Of a stretch of DNA of 64,000 nt, positions 13,405-26,783 are shown one piece after another; the first letter of the stretch is position 1, and every line of letters starts with the position of its first letter. The stretch comes from Magallana gigas (Eukaryota). Location: positions 43,648,001 to 43,712,000 of the forward strand of contig NC_088859.1 of assembly GCF_963853765.1 (NCBI RefSeq). The letters run 5' to 3'. A program made the translations under genes and the position numbers. The notes beneath the pieces are model-generated. The model had not been told where the DNA came from and made no database searches. It saw only the letters and a program-made list of their open reading frames with translations.

Positions 13405-15580
13405 CCGCTTACGACCAATGAGATATGAGTTCACTCCTTTTGCATAAGTTACGGCGTCATAAGCGGAATTTTGTTTTAAGCTTCCTGAGTTAATCACTTT
13501 CGTCATCTGATTGAACGTACAAAGTAAGTGGAGGACTTAGTATCATATCTTATATAATTCCTTTGCACAATTGATATCGTTATCATTTCGGGGAACCCTG
13601 GTTTGCTTCCGGGATCCTGATAAGTGTTTGCTTGTGAAATGAATTGATAACAGGCCAGACACAGCTGATGTTAATAATTAAACTTTGTTTGGTCAGGACC
13701 ACACCTATTTGTCCGAGGTTTAAGTGAAGGCAATCGATGCCATGGATTTTTCGTGATAAATGATTATTCTGATCGATTCAGAAGAGCTGTAATAAATTTG
13801 TAGTCATATGCTACAACAGCTGCACAGAAGTGACGACCAAGAGGCTTCACAAGTACTGATTATACTTGTTCCTTCCTGACGTTTAGTATATTTTATTTTA
13901 TTTAAGTAGTTTTATTTTCTCATTCTTAATATCCTCTGAACAAAACTAAAAGTTAGCCAAGTGGACCAAAAAAACCAACAATCAAACATACATACATTGT
14001 ATCAGATGATAAAAAACCAAATGCCTTCCATTGCATATAATTTCATCAAACTTTAAGAATTGAGGCATACAGAAAAGCTGATTATTCAATGAAGTTCAAA
14101 TTACAGTAGACAGTGTAAAGTGTGTAATAAATCTAGAGGTGCTCGAATGAAAGACTTAGTTTTGACTTCCCCGAGATTTGTTCAGTTCCTGTAAAATTTC
14201 GAGCGGAAGTATAAGAATTCTCAAAACATGTAAATACTGGTCGATTTTCATATCATATCCTACTTTGATTTATGTTAAGACATGAAAATCTTTTAAGATA
14301 TATGTCCTATTTCATTATCTAGCAATTATTCAAACTAAACGATGCTATTCAAAACAGAGTTTTTGTTCGTGTTGGGTTGCTTAGTAAAATCATAGCCATG
14401 TTTGATGCTTTTTGTGTGCAATACCATGCTTTAAAAAATAGTGCATGTCTATTTTGTATAAAAACTTAGTTTATCGATTGAGTATACTAAGTTTTTTTAA
14501 GCAGCCAGAACATAATTCATTCACTTTTTTATTGTAGTATTATTTGATATACGGCTATTAGTACAGAAATTCAAATTAATGTTATCTATATAAAAGAAAA
14601 TGTCAGCTCGACGCCTTTGTGGCCGTTCCGGCCTTTGATTTATAACTATGGTAAGTAAGTACAATTAAAAAGAGTAAATGTTATGTATCTTATGTATAAA
14701 ATACAAATAAACTAGGTTTTGAACAATTGGGGTACGCAAAAAACAGGACGTATTGTGTCGAAAATTAGAAAATGCGAGCCACGATTAGGTTACATTTGAA
14801 CGAACAAAGGCAAATACATGTATAAGTTCTATGGACTGAAAGAGATATGGGGAATAGAGAGAAAAAATGTGTTATTTAAGACAAAATTTGACAAAGCATA
14901 ATTAGGACAATATCTGTATGTAAATGTTTTTTTTGAACGAAACTGAAACGTTATACTGGCGAATATATCTCTCAGTAAGGAGTAGAAAAAATATATGAGA
15001 CGGTAAATTATCAAATCATGTTAATACTGTTGTGGTACAATAATTATATAGTTAACAATAAATTACTGAGCATTTTTTTTGTTTTTGTTTTTTGTTTGTT
15101 TGTTTGATTGTTTTTTTGCTAATCAGCATAGATAATCGTTTTCACCTTTACACTTAACTGGAAATTTAAAAGATACCACGTTATTTCTTTGTAAGGAACA
15201 GTTCGAATTTAATATCAAATAACGTCCACCGTTTATTAGAATAACAGCTTGAACTCTACTTGCAGAACTTTAATCAGAATAGAAGTGTTTCTGCTTAGTA
15301 ACGTCAACTGATTGATCAGGCCGATCTCGGTAACGACGGTTCAAAATGTTATATTTATACATCTACCGGGTAGGATTTTTTTATTACGCTACCGGATGTC
15401 AGACCTTAAATTGCAGGCGCTGTAAGAACGGAAAAAATGGAAGACGAGCAGTTATTGATTTGTTTATATATTTATTTTATTTGATATGCTCAGTCATAGT
15501 TGTAGTAGTTATTTTAACAAGACAGTCAGCATTCAAGATGTTCTCAAGATGTTCTCCATTCGAACACGTTCAACGCGTTT

Positions 15581-15750
15581 ATTTAAACAACAAAATGCTT
15601 TCTTTGTTGATTCATGCCAGATATGAAGGTGGCGACATTGCAGAAAAAATTCATAACCTGAGTTAGCGGGTTTATGTAAATTGTTTCTGCAATGATCGCT
15701 ACCTTCATAACTCCCATGAATCACCGAAGAAAGCATTTCATTGTTTATAT
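15581..15750. repeat. 170-bp imperfect palindrome (~78-bp arms)
   Basis: AAATGCTTTCTTTGTTGATTCATG...GAAGGTGGCGACATTGCAGAAA pairs with TTTCTGCAATGATCGCTACCTTC...CATGAATCACCGAAGAAAGCATTT. Confidence 0.8.
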
Positions 15751-18700
15751 TTACATCTTTCTAATAACAATTTTTCAATAAATCGATTGTAGAAAGTAAG
15801 TAAAATTCACTAAATTACTGTTTATGTTCATAAGTACGTTAGCTAAAAGAAATAGCCAACTCGTCTCTATGGGAATTGGAGTTTGACATCATCATGATTA
15901 TTTCGTGCAGTCCGTGATTTTTTTTTAGGTCGCTGTAGATTTTGATCAATCAATAAATGGGGCATGTATACTTCAGTGCTGTCAGTTTCTACAGCTGTTT
16001 CTATAGAGCTATGAATTAAGTATAAGTTTCCGTAAGACCAGCTGTTAAATTATCAATGACGCAAGTAGACACAAAAAGAACGCATTTAATTCTCACACGC
16101 TCGTATTAGAGTAGTTGATGTTTAAAAAGTATTAGGGGTGTTTTCGCCCCTGAAAAAAATTAATGGGGTGTGAGGGGTGATCCTTTTTGGAAAAACAATT
16201 ATGGATCCATGCAATATCATGGATATAATATATATAGATATCAATATCTGTTGTTTTTTTCCTATTAATCGAATGTTCTGTTTCCTTTGCATATATTATA
16301 AATAAGGTGTATTCAAAGAAATCTGAATCAGATGAAGACTAACAAGTTTAAAAGTCATGATAAATTAAAAGTGTATCTGAGACAGGGATAAGCATATCAT
16401 ACCGAACACATAAAATAACATAGATAAACAAAGAATATTCAAGATACGATAGACACAGAAATATACCAAATGAAACAAAATTACATTTATATCTACCGGT
16501 TATTGGGTGAATTTTCAGAAGGACAAGGATAAATGTTATCCAAAAGTGGCGTGCATGCCAGTTGTTTGCGAATAACTGATTAAATCAGTCTTGATTGTGT
16601 TCAGTTTTGCTTTCGACACAAAGGAATTGTAAGAGGATGTATTAGCGAATAGAATGAGAAGATGAGCTGGAAGAATCATGTTAGAAAATATGAAATCCAA
16701 ATTTAAATGAAAAGCTTTGAAGTTGAATGAATGATGCATTTCATTTTATTCTAAATTTGATAATAAATCCTTTTAAAACTATTTATAACCTGACAGTATT
16801 CAACATATAAACTTAGTTTGATTACACAGGGATTTTTATATATGAGTTCGGTTCTTTGAAAAAGCGAAAGAGAAATTGAAATCGCTGACCAAGAGGATTG
16901 TTTTGCGTTTGTTTAGCGATGATTTAAGTTTACTTTCATCTATTTGATAATTTATTCCAGATATTTCAATATTGGGATTAGTTTATGTATACGTTGATAC
17001 CAGCTCCATTTAATCCGAATGTATAATTATCTGTTTAACATCGCAGCTTCGAGCTAACAATAAGAGCACACACTGTGACAGTTTCAAATCTATGAAAATT
17101 TAAAGCAGCATAAATTTTGTCCCTCAACAGTTTATCTCAGTAATGAAAAAAAAAAAGAATTGTTAAATGTATTTCATTAAAAAAAAAATTTCAGCTGTAC
17201 AGAGACTACCCTATCCTTTGCTAAACGTTCTGCATTTTCTGCTTAATAATCACAGGTATAACGAAACTCCAAACCGTCTTCTTACAAGACTGTGAAAATG
17301 TCTATCACGAGGAAAATCAATAACACAATAGTAATTTGTTTGGGGAAAAACCCGGATACTTTACATAACTTCCTTTTTTACTACATGCGCAACCGAAGAG
17401 AGTGTATTTCCGCCAACACCAAGAAAAGATTTTATACATAAATGTAGAAAGTACGATGTATGTCGATGAAATATAGCACATACTGTGTACCCATTTATCA
17501 GACGCATGCGCACTAGGAGAGACTCGACCTGGATTGATTCAGAACACCCTGTATCGGGTATTTTAATTCATAGATGACTGTGGTATGTAGCGCTCGTTGA
17601 TCTACACTATATTTTGGACTTCGGATGTAGAATTCAAGTTCATGTAAGTGAAACATCTCTTCATAGCTTTTTAAATTTTTATAAGTATTTAATTGTTTGA
17701 AATGAAAATTTCCGCAATTTATACATGATTATAATATTATTACACTTTCCCGGTGTGGTAGTCATATTAAGTGGATATTGCGTCCGTTTCGAGATCATCC
17801 TTATAAGTGTCATTGTTGTTTTTGTTAATGCTATTTTTATTTATGTATTCATGTACGCATTTCGGTTTAATGAACAGCGGAAAAAATATTCCGAACCGAC
17901 TTTAATGCGCTGTTTTTTCAATGGGTTCCATGAGGTGCCTTTTGGTGCCATTAAATTGTGAGTTGGTCATTTTATAACGCAGATTGTAATTTGTACACTT
18001 GTTTTATGAATTCTGTCTGTTGTTGGTCGGATTTTAATTAAACAAATGATTAAATTAGGTCTGAAAATAACGGCATGGATGTTATAAAGAAAAACTAAAC
18101 CGGCAGTATATCTGCTCATTGCTTAGCCTGACACGTTGACAAAGATATCATTGATTAAGGATAGATAGAATACAAAATTGTAGTGATGAAGAACATTTTT
18201 AAAAAGACATTTTCAGTCTAGCGGTTTGAATTAACCTTGTGTCATTTTGACATATTTGAACAAGAGTTTACTGCATTTCTTCTCCTTATTTTACCGACTG
18301 TCATCGTATGTACTGCAGGGCGGCGTCAGGTTCACTGTAGACTGTTAATTGTCGGTAGTGGAAATGGGATTGTATGTAATACTTGCAGTGAACCACTTAA
18401 ACTTACCATGTTAAAATTGTTCGTGTATTTAATTTAGTTGTTAGTTCAACAACGCGTTGATCAAATCTTTGTACCTCGTTTGTCCTGTTTAAATGAAGGT
18501 GTGGCATGAGACCTTTAAGTTTTAAATGTACCCTTAACACTAATTAAAGGGATGGGCAAATACATCTTTGCACCAACGTGTTTAACATACGTATTCCCTC
18601 TCTTTTCTAAGGTAATTAATGACGACGCATTGTAAGTCGCGTGTTCTTATCTGTTAAAGAAATGGACCTTTCTCCCTGAAATACTGTGTAAACTAATCAA

Positions 18701-19384
18701 CCCAGATATCCAAGTATTTGGGTACGGTAGTAGGGTGAGCCGAGTCCACAGAACTTTATCAGTCCCCAGTAGTTCTACTACACACTGGTCTTTCATTCGT
18801 AATCAAAAACCTTTTGATAGTGGCTTTTTCTGTTTGTTTTTTAGGGAAGGTATTTTCATATATATGTGTGTAAAGAAAGATATGATTGATAATAAACTTA
18901 GACCAATACACACACAAAAAATCCAAAATGAACTCTTTTTTCCCTGAGTATATTAGGTAAAAAAACAATGAGTTCTGATTTTGAATCAACGTCCGAGTCC
19001 GAGCTGCCACGTCGTGCAGGGCCCACCTTGTGATGTATTGATTTGATATAAACATAAATATAAACGGATCATTTGAAAAAAGGCAAGGTTCTGATGACAA
19101 AAGCATTCTTAATATATTAACCTAAATTGCACAATTCTTTTACATTTTGTGATGACAATAGTTAATTAATTTAAATAAGAGGGTTTGGTATAGTAAAACT
19201 TCTTAAGGCTTTTTTTTTCTCTTAAATTGCAATAAAAGGGACATTTCAATATAAAATAATATTCATCATCCATCTCTGAATTACGTAAAGGACAATATCC
19301 TATTAAGATGTCATAAATAAGTATCTTATATTATCAACTCAGTTATGTCAAATATATAGGGAATCGGACACGGATTCAGGATAA

Positions 19385-20300
19385 TCGAACTGTCAACCAC
19401 ACGTAGTCTCGGGATGATCATTTAACGGGCGTGGGATTTCAAATTCAGAAAGTGCAACAAAAGGTAAGCCTTTCTTCGGGACAAATTTTGTGCATCCATT
19501 TAAATCTTTCGCCGCGGAGTAGTAGAGGGCCAGTTTCCATTGAATTGTATGAGATGCCAATCTTTTGGATAACTTCTTGAATACCCTTTTCAATTGGAGA
19601 TCGTGTTATTGTAAGATTCGGTTTTCTAAATTATCTTGCTTTCATTTGAAATACTTATTACTAATTCCTACGGAATGCGAAGGATTGGGTAAAATTGAGA
19701 GCGCTATACAACAGTTCAGTTGAACTCCATTGTTGTCGTACAAGTGACAAAAGCTTTCCAGTGGGATAAGGTCGAGAGTCCTTGTGTATTGTACTGGAAC
19801 CATTACATGATATATGTCCTTAGTTCATTCTAACTGATATTTCATTCAAGAAATTTGGAATGCAAGTTACTAAAATAATCTAGCAGATGGTAATCAGAAT
19901 AAAATATAGCATCGTTTTTTTTTACGTAAATAATTAACAAAGAAGCCCTTTGATAGACTAGTTGTTGGATAATTATTCTGTTACAGTGCCTGTAGCAATA
20001 AACTACTAGGAATCACACTTGTAATTAGAGCTTCACAAATGGCTGTTCCATATATAATTACCACGAATTGTTAGATGTGTGATGGGATAGAATAGCTATA
20101 ACGCGTCGCTCTGCAAATATTGTTCCCACACATATGATTGGTTCAATAATTAGTCTGTGTATATAGTATAACACATAGTATTACACTGAAAATCATTAGT
20201 TGCCAAGGAAACCCAACTCTGGTTTGATTTGTTGCCATGGCCACGCTTTTCAGTCTTAATGCTGAGGATCAGCTGATTGCTGGGAGTTTGCACAAAGTGT
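19385..20300 (+). mobile_element. Possible highly decayed DIRS-like retrotransposon RT/RNaseH relic
   Basis: Broken fragments (SRDD..GVG...KV, NYL, DKVESP, LFHI) occur in the order expected for DIRS RT-RH, with many stops and frameshifts. Judged by eye only. Confidence 0.25.
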
Positions 20301-22153
20301 CTTATCTTTAAATATCGCATATTTAATTTTTTCCGACAGGTGCTATATTTGCTTTTTTTTCCTAGGTATCATCGGGTGAAGAAAAAATTGTGTAAGATAA
20401 AATATTTCCCGTATTTAGAATTTGGGTCACCATGTGCATGAATAGTTTGATAAAAATCAGTGTACCAATTTTAGATTCAAAAGACAAAAAATTGCACATG
20501 CTTGAACAAAAAGGTCCGATTGATTACGTAAAATGAAAATGAACAGATCTGTTGTCTTTTCCATTACCAATGCCAAGTGACAAAAAAATTCTTGTTTCGG
20601 GGGGAAAAATCTATGTTTTGCACTTGGCGTTATAACTCAAAATCGCATAATATTCTCTCCTTAATGAAAGAATTGTTAAGTATGAACCACTGACCAGATG
20701 TTGACCTAACAAAGGCTCTATCGATCACGTCATTGTCTGCTAAAGAAGCTTCATGGTGAGGACAATGGTCTAATCTCCTGGATCAAAAACCACAATTTGG
20801 GGTCCAAGCGCTGCGACAACTAGGTTATCAGTAATAAAAATTTCAATTATTGACTGAAGTGTTTTCCTAATATGTAGTCTGGAGACCAGATTGCATAAGG
20901 GTGTTTGGTACCACGATTTTATTTTTGCCTTTTGAAAGTTGAAATCCATAGCGTTTTTGGGATATGAATTGCTGTAGTAGGTTGTGTTATGGGACCAATT
21001 CGAAGAAAAAAGACAAGGGATGTTTGAAATCGCAGACCTATTCAATAAAACGTCAAAACGTCATTTTACCTGTAGAAATTGATACAATTTTGGTAGAGCA
21101 TTAAGGGTAACGTAATGAACATGTATACAGTGTGCCCATTAACTACCACCTTCAGAATTTAGTTCAGTACATAGCATAACTTGACCTGAAGTGTGATACT
21201 TTATCGTAACTGGTCACTTAACAACATAAGTGCCCTAAAAGGTATGTGTTTATTGATGCAAGGTATGTAATAACACCCAGATTGTATCTCCGTGCAAAGC
21301 CCAGCCGTCCCTAATAAAGGCTTTCTGACATGTATATGAGTATGTTACCATGGCACCAATTAAACACAGCTATAGCATGCCTCTTTATGCATCTTGATTT
21401 TGAAGCCCGTTATATCGAAGACAGGGATCAAACTGAGTGTGTGTGGGGTTTTTTTCTTCAAAATTTAAATGTACATCATCCTCTTCTAGATGGAGGAAGT
21501 TCGTATTTTATGGAACATAAGATCGACATCTTGTGCAGAAAAATGTTCACCGGAAACTCATTCGAAACTTACATACAGGACACATGCTCCAAGTTCCTAT
21601 TCCATATTAATAATAATGTTGTGCATACAGCATACAAGTTGCAAGGTTTAATCATCATAGCTAGTGAGAGAAATGCAATCGACCAAAAAAAAAATAAAAA
21701 AGAAGAAGAGAAAATAGAGAACTAGGCAGAAACATGTACTTGTACGTGTATGCAAGTTTAAATTATTATTTGTGATTGTTAACAAAAGCTTTAAGCTGTA
21801 ATTATTTTATCAAAATCCACAATATCTTGCATTCAAGACTGCATAAATGATATTCAGTTAGAATTCAAAAAGTGCAAAACCTTTTCGTTTTTCTATTTCC
21901 TTCCCTGAGTATCAAAGTACGGGAAATAATGAAAAGAAGCATTGTTTGGCTTTATAAAGTCTCGTTCAATGAGTCACAATCTGCCCTGATGAAAAATAGG
22001 GATTCCTCAATGAAAAGATAATTGTGTACTAGTGTTAAAATTTGGGGGCTTAATCCGTTTGACAACAGGGTGCTACTTGGGCTCTAGCTATGACTACTCT
22101 CATTGTTGACCGGTTCGGTTTTAGGTCACGCCCCCTCGGTGTCTGCAGCCAGA

Positions 22154-23505
22154 ATGATTTACAAGAAGGTCAAGTACAACTCAAGGTATGGAAATGTTAA
22201 TTACAGTGAATTAATTTTTAAAATATGAAGGCAAGAAAAAAAAACCGCTAAAAGTTCCAAGATTGATTAATCTTAAAGTTACTTGTGAATTATTGATGGA
22301 AGAGAAGATTGCTTTTTGACTGTTGTTTTATAACACCAATTGTACTTTTCAGGAATCACACATCATGTCTTACAAGAAGATTGCAGATACCAATATGGAA
22401 GCTATTCGTGTACTTTGTATTGACTACAGTAATTATTTTTGTTCTACAAATGCAACGGCCACAATTCTCGTTTGAATGGACATTGACAACCGTCACAACA
22501 TCAGTGGCTACCACCACGGTAAAACCAACTACCACCGTGGTACCCACGACTGAGGAAGAAGTAATCCGATACGTCAACATTTCATCCTATAATAACACTA
22601 GAACTCTAACCCATGAATATGATATTGACTTTGTGCGCTTTGTGTCAGGTGTCAACAATGGTAAACGATTTGATCTGAAGCCTATTAATGTGAACCCATA
22701 TGTGTATATTACAAACCCGACCACCAAATGTTCAAACCCACCCCTCAAAAATAATGCCAACATAAGTATTTTAATTCTGATCAAGAGTGAACCAGACAAT
22801 TTCCATCTACGACAGACAATCCGTTGGACCTGGGAATCTTTTACTGCGTATCACGACTACGTCAGAATCGTATTTCTCCTAGGAATTTCTCCGGACCCGG
22901 AAGATAAAAATACGGATGTTTTGGTGGAGCATGCGCGCTATAATGACATCGTGCAACAGAACTTTATAGACAAATATAGAAACTTGACACTGAAAACGGT
23001 GATGGGCTACAAATGGACTGAGCAATATTGTTCTGAGGCCACGCACGTACTAATGCAAGATGATGATTACCACTTCAATGTGAAGAATTTGGCTGCTTAT
23101 ATAAAAAGATATAAATCCCCGGATTCGATTTTTGCAGGAGTTCTCCGGCTAAAGTCGCCCACGGTGCGAAGACCAACTAGTAAATATTACGTATCCAACC
23201 AGGAGTACGCTCACGATATTTATCCTCCTTTTCTAGTCGGAAACAGTTACATTTTGAGCATGCGCTATGCGAAACAAATTGCAATGATTATCCCCTATGT
23301 AAAAAGCATCCCAATGGCAGATACATATATCGGCATGTTGGCGATGAAACTCAATATATCTCTAAAAAATGAGAAAGACTTCACCATAAAGAACTGTAAT
23401 GATTTTCAGAAAGTGATATCTTGTCGAGGTTATACATCAACAAAAGAAATTCTAAAAGACTGGAAGAATTTTGTCAATAGAGCAATCTTAAAGGTCAACA
23501 TTTAG
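22154..23505 (+). CDS. Beta-1,3-galactosyltransferase 1-like (GT31), type II membrane protein; exons 22154-22185 and 22353-23505
   Basis: GT31 motifs ILIKS...RQTIRWTW, RIVFLLG, YNDIVQQNFIDKYRNLTLKT, QDDD (DxD) and YPPF. N-terminal TM helix and Thr-rich stem. The phase-2 intron 22186-22352 (AAG|GTATGG ... TTTTCAG|G) supplies an ATG. Confidence 0.9.
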
Positions 23506-24516
23506 TGTACATCATGTGTCATTTTTACAATTTTTAAATGATTTATGTTATCTTTCATAATCAATATTGTTATAATTAAATCTTAAAATCTCAGTTACTT
23601 TTTTGTTTATCGTGTCTCGGGGGCTAGCTAGGGGTGTGATAAACAATCCATGAATTCAACTCCAAATATTCTGTATTTTTTTATCAGCCCGTTAAATCTC
23701 TCTAATTCATTGATTTGATTCAGCATTTGATGGATGGAGTTTACTTCAACTAGCTGTAATTGGCATTTGATCTAGAACCTATCCTAGATTATGACCAAGC
23801 CATGTTTCAGAAACACGTAGTATCGTTCATTTTATAATTGACAAATTGATCGGCTGACATCCACTTCATTATATAAATGTGAATTATATGTTATGTAATT
23901 GTCTGAATTCCGTTTTCAACAATATTGTAAAAATATGATAGTTATTTACTTGCGCTGTGCGTGGTAATTAGAGCCTCAAGCTGCAAAAGCAATAATTATG
24001 TCAATGCATCACCACTAGACTCGCATTTCGAGGTTTTGAACCTCGCACATGCAGTTCATTTTAGACAAAATTCATGTAACAAAACAATTACTGATACACG
24101 TACTTACTTTTTAAGACGATTGTAATACTTACACCCACCTCGTCAATTCAAAATTTTCAATATGACATTCAAATAATTATCTGTGCTGCAATTTTAATTC
24201 TAAAATTTAATGATTTGAAATTGGGTTGTACATAGTTTTCTTCGAGGGAATCGAAGCTAAATTACGGTATGATATTCACATCACAACGTAATAAAAGTTT
24301 TTGCATGGACAGAACATTTACATAAACAGCTTCGCCAATTTGTTGTTCATCCAATGGGCTCTCAATTCATATTTCATTTAAAAAGTACATTTTAGATCAA
24401 AAGCGAGGGTAGTTAAATGAAAGGAGCCATTTTCAAAATATGTTAAAATTTTTTGAAAGCTTCATGTTTATGAAATGCCAAAAATGAAACCGAGTATATT
24501 AACAACAGAATACATA

Positions 24517-24646
24517 CAGACCCTAAAACGTGCTACTACACCGGTTGCACAGTTCGGTTCGGTACACTTTGTGTACGGTACGGTTCGTTTCTTGCACGGA
24601 ACGGCACTGTTCGTTTTAGAGGTGTAGTAGCACGTTTCAGGGTTTG
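24517..24646. mobile_element. 130-bp MITE with TA flanks
   Basis: TIR plus TA matches at 26/28 bases (TACAGACCCTAAAACGTGCTACTACACC versus TACAAACCCTGAAACGTGCTACTACACC). The interior has CGGTT/CGGTA/CGGAA pentamers. Confidence 0.75.
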
Positions 24647-26174
24647 TATACATTTTCTTTTATTTATCTGTTCGCATTTTGATTCATATGCTTTGCCTTG
24701 CGTCTATGCAGTAATGATTTAACGATTCAAGATATTATATAATTACACCACTTGCATTCAACCGGAAGTGTACCTTTCAACATGTATACATATGTTCCTC
24801 TACATATGCAAAACTAGATCATTTTTTCGAAATATAACAAGATTATATTATTAAACTAGTAAACATTTATTCTAAAATTTAACGCCTCAATTTCAATAAA
24901 TCTACAGCTTGCCTACCGGAATTGAAAACTTTTTCCTAATGTATTCTTCTACAGATTTTATAGCAATAAAAGTTCACAAAGTGATAGACAGAGCATTTGT
25001 TATCAGTAACAAAATGAATTGTATATAAAGCAATCACTGGCACAACGAATTTCTTTACTTATGATCATGTTACTCAGTGACAAGAATCGCCTTATTACCT
25101 AATGCAAATAAATGTTTGCAAGCTTAAACACATACAGCCGAACATGAATTTCAAAGAATGAGAGTTGAAAGATCACAACGGATGATAGAGTTGTCGTAAT
25201 AATACAGGGATCATTTGTTATAAAAAAAATTAAATGTGTTATTTGATTTAAATAAGATTTTGATATTTAAAACGTCACGAACACATGTGGAATATCTAAT
25301 AAGATTCCCGTTTTTACTTTGAACCATTTTAACAAGAGCTTGGTGTCAAAGAGCAATCTGACGTGGGCCTGTCTATTTCAATGGTGGCCGCTCGACCATG
25401 GCTCTTTGAAATCAACAAGATTTGTCTGGCTTTTGGGCTAAGACTACGCAACCGGTGTATACATGTATTTCACTTGAAACCAGCGTCACTTCAGCTTGTT
25501 TTGACAAGAAATAGATAGTAACCTTCTACTGAAAGTCCAAGGTCTTGTGAAAATGGATCTAAATCCTATCCAAATTGAAATTTCAAAAAATCCAAAATCT
25601 CTTTTCTTCCATTTTCTTTTCATTTTTTAAAAATATACATGGATTCTAATGGGAGTTCATCTCAAAGATATAAGGTTTTATATTTATTTTGTGTAATTGC
25701 TTTCTGAACAACCATATTTTCTTCATTGCCAATGAAGTTTTATTTTCTAGCATTAACTCAAAGTGATGTCATCCAGTAACTATGCTTAATTGAAAGGGTT
25801 GATCTCAAATTCTTGAGGTCTAATAGCGATCATGAAAAAAAATGCTATAAAAGTATTGGAACAAAGAACTTGTTGAAATTTTATCAGCTTGCATATCATT
25901 AGTGCTTTTGCGTGACAATGCTAATTACGTGATTGGCTGACCCGACCGACCGCGATGTCTGTAGTGCAACGGAAGTGAAAGGCACGCGATTGCACGAATT
26001 CTTGCTATTGTCGTTTTGCACGACCACTTTATCAAAAACACTAAGTGTGAACCATTACTCGTAGTTAATACAATTTCTTTGATATGATGGGGATGCTGTA
26101 AACCGTGTATTCTGTGTTAATTCAAGATCTTCTCGCGTATTGTTATCGTCAATGACCGATGGATGAATAAAGTG

Positions 26175-26478
26175 TTAAGGTAGTATGGGGCACCTGTCGA
26201 TGTTAATGTGGATAAATGCTTCCACCGTTTAAATTTATTAAAATTTTACATTATTTGACCAAAAAATTGTTTTAAAATTTTTTGGAAAGGTAAAAATTAT
26301 AAGAGTCCCAGCGGTATTCGAACTCGACTTACAGATTCTTAGTTACGCTTTAACTCGTTGTGCTACGCTGTTAGGTAACAATTATATAGGACAGAAAAGA
26401 ATGTAAAATTATGCTTAATTTCATTGTTTATTTCGATAGGAAGTACATCACAACAGGGATTGTCCTATACCATCTCAA
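26175..26478. mobile_element. Degenerate TTAA-ended MITE containing a tRNA-like segment on the minus strand
   Basis: Ends are TTAAGGTAGTATGGGGCACC and GTCCTATACCATCTCAA. The minus strand of 26305-26372 reads TAGCGTAGCACAACGAGTTAAAGCG...GAGTTCGAATACC (A-box/B-box-like). Confidence 0.45.
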
Positions 26479-26623
26479 AGTTATTACAGTAACTTATTGG
26501 AAGTAATGAATTGTAGAGGACAATTAATAGAACGTTTTCTATCGTGGAGGTCATACGATTCTGAATTAATGAACGAATTACAGATCTATATTAATATAAC
26601 AATATTAACAATTTTATCTAGGG

Positions 26624-26783
26624 AATAAGGAACCATTCTTTGAGTATCATGAGGTGATCAAATACGGTCGGGGGGATCAAATCCAAAAAAACCCGAAGGG
26701 CGATGACAGCCTATATGTAAAAGATTTGATCACGCCTGGTCGTAGTATATCACCTCATAATATTTCAAAAATGATTCCTCATT
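26624..26783. repeat. Imperfect 160-bp palindrome
   Basis: AAGGAACCATTCTTTGAGTATCATGAGGTGAT...GATCAAATC pairs with GATTTGATC...ATCACCTCATAATATTTCAAAAATGATTCCTC. Confidence 0.7.

Noticed and set aside
26305-26372. Functional tRNA gene
   Set aside because: Only A/B-box-like pieces are present, with no complete acceptor stem or cloverleaf, and it lies inside a repeat.
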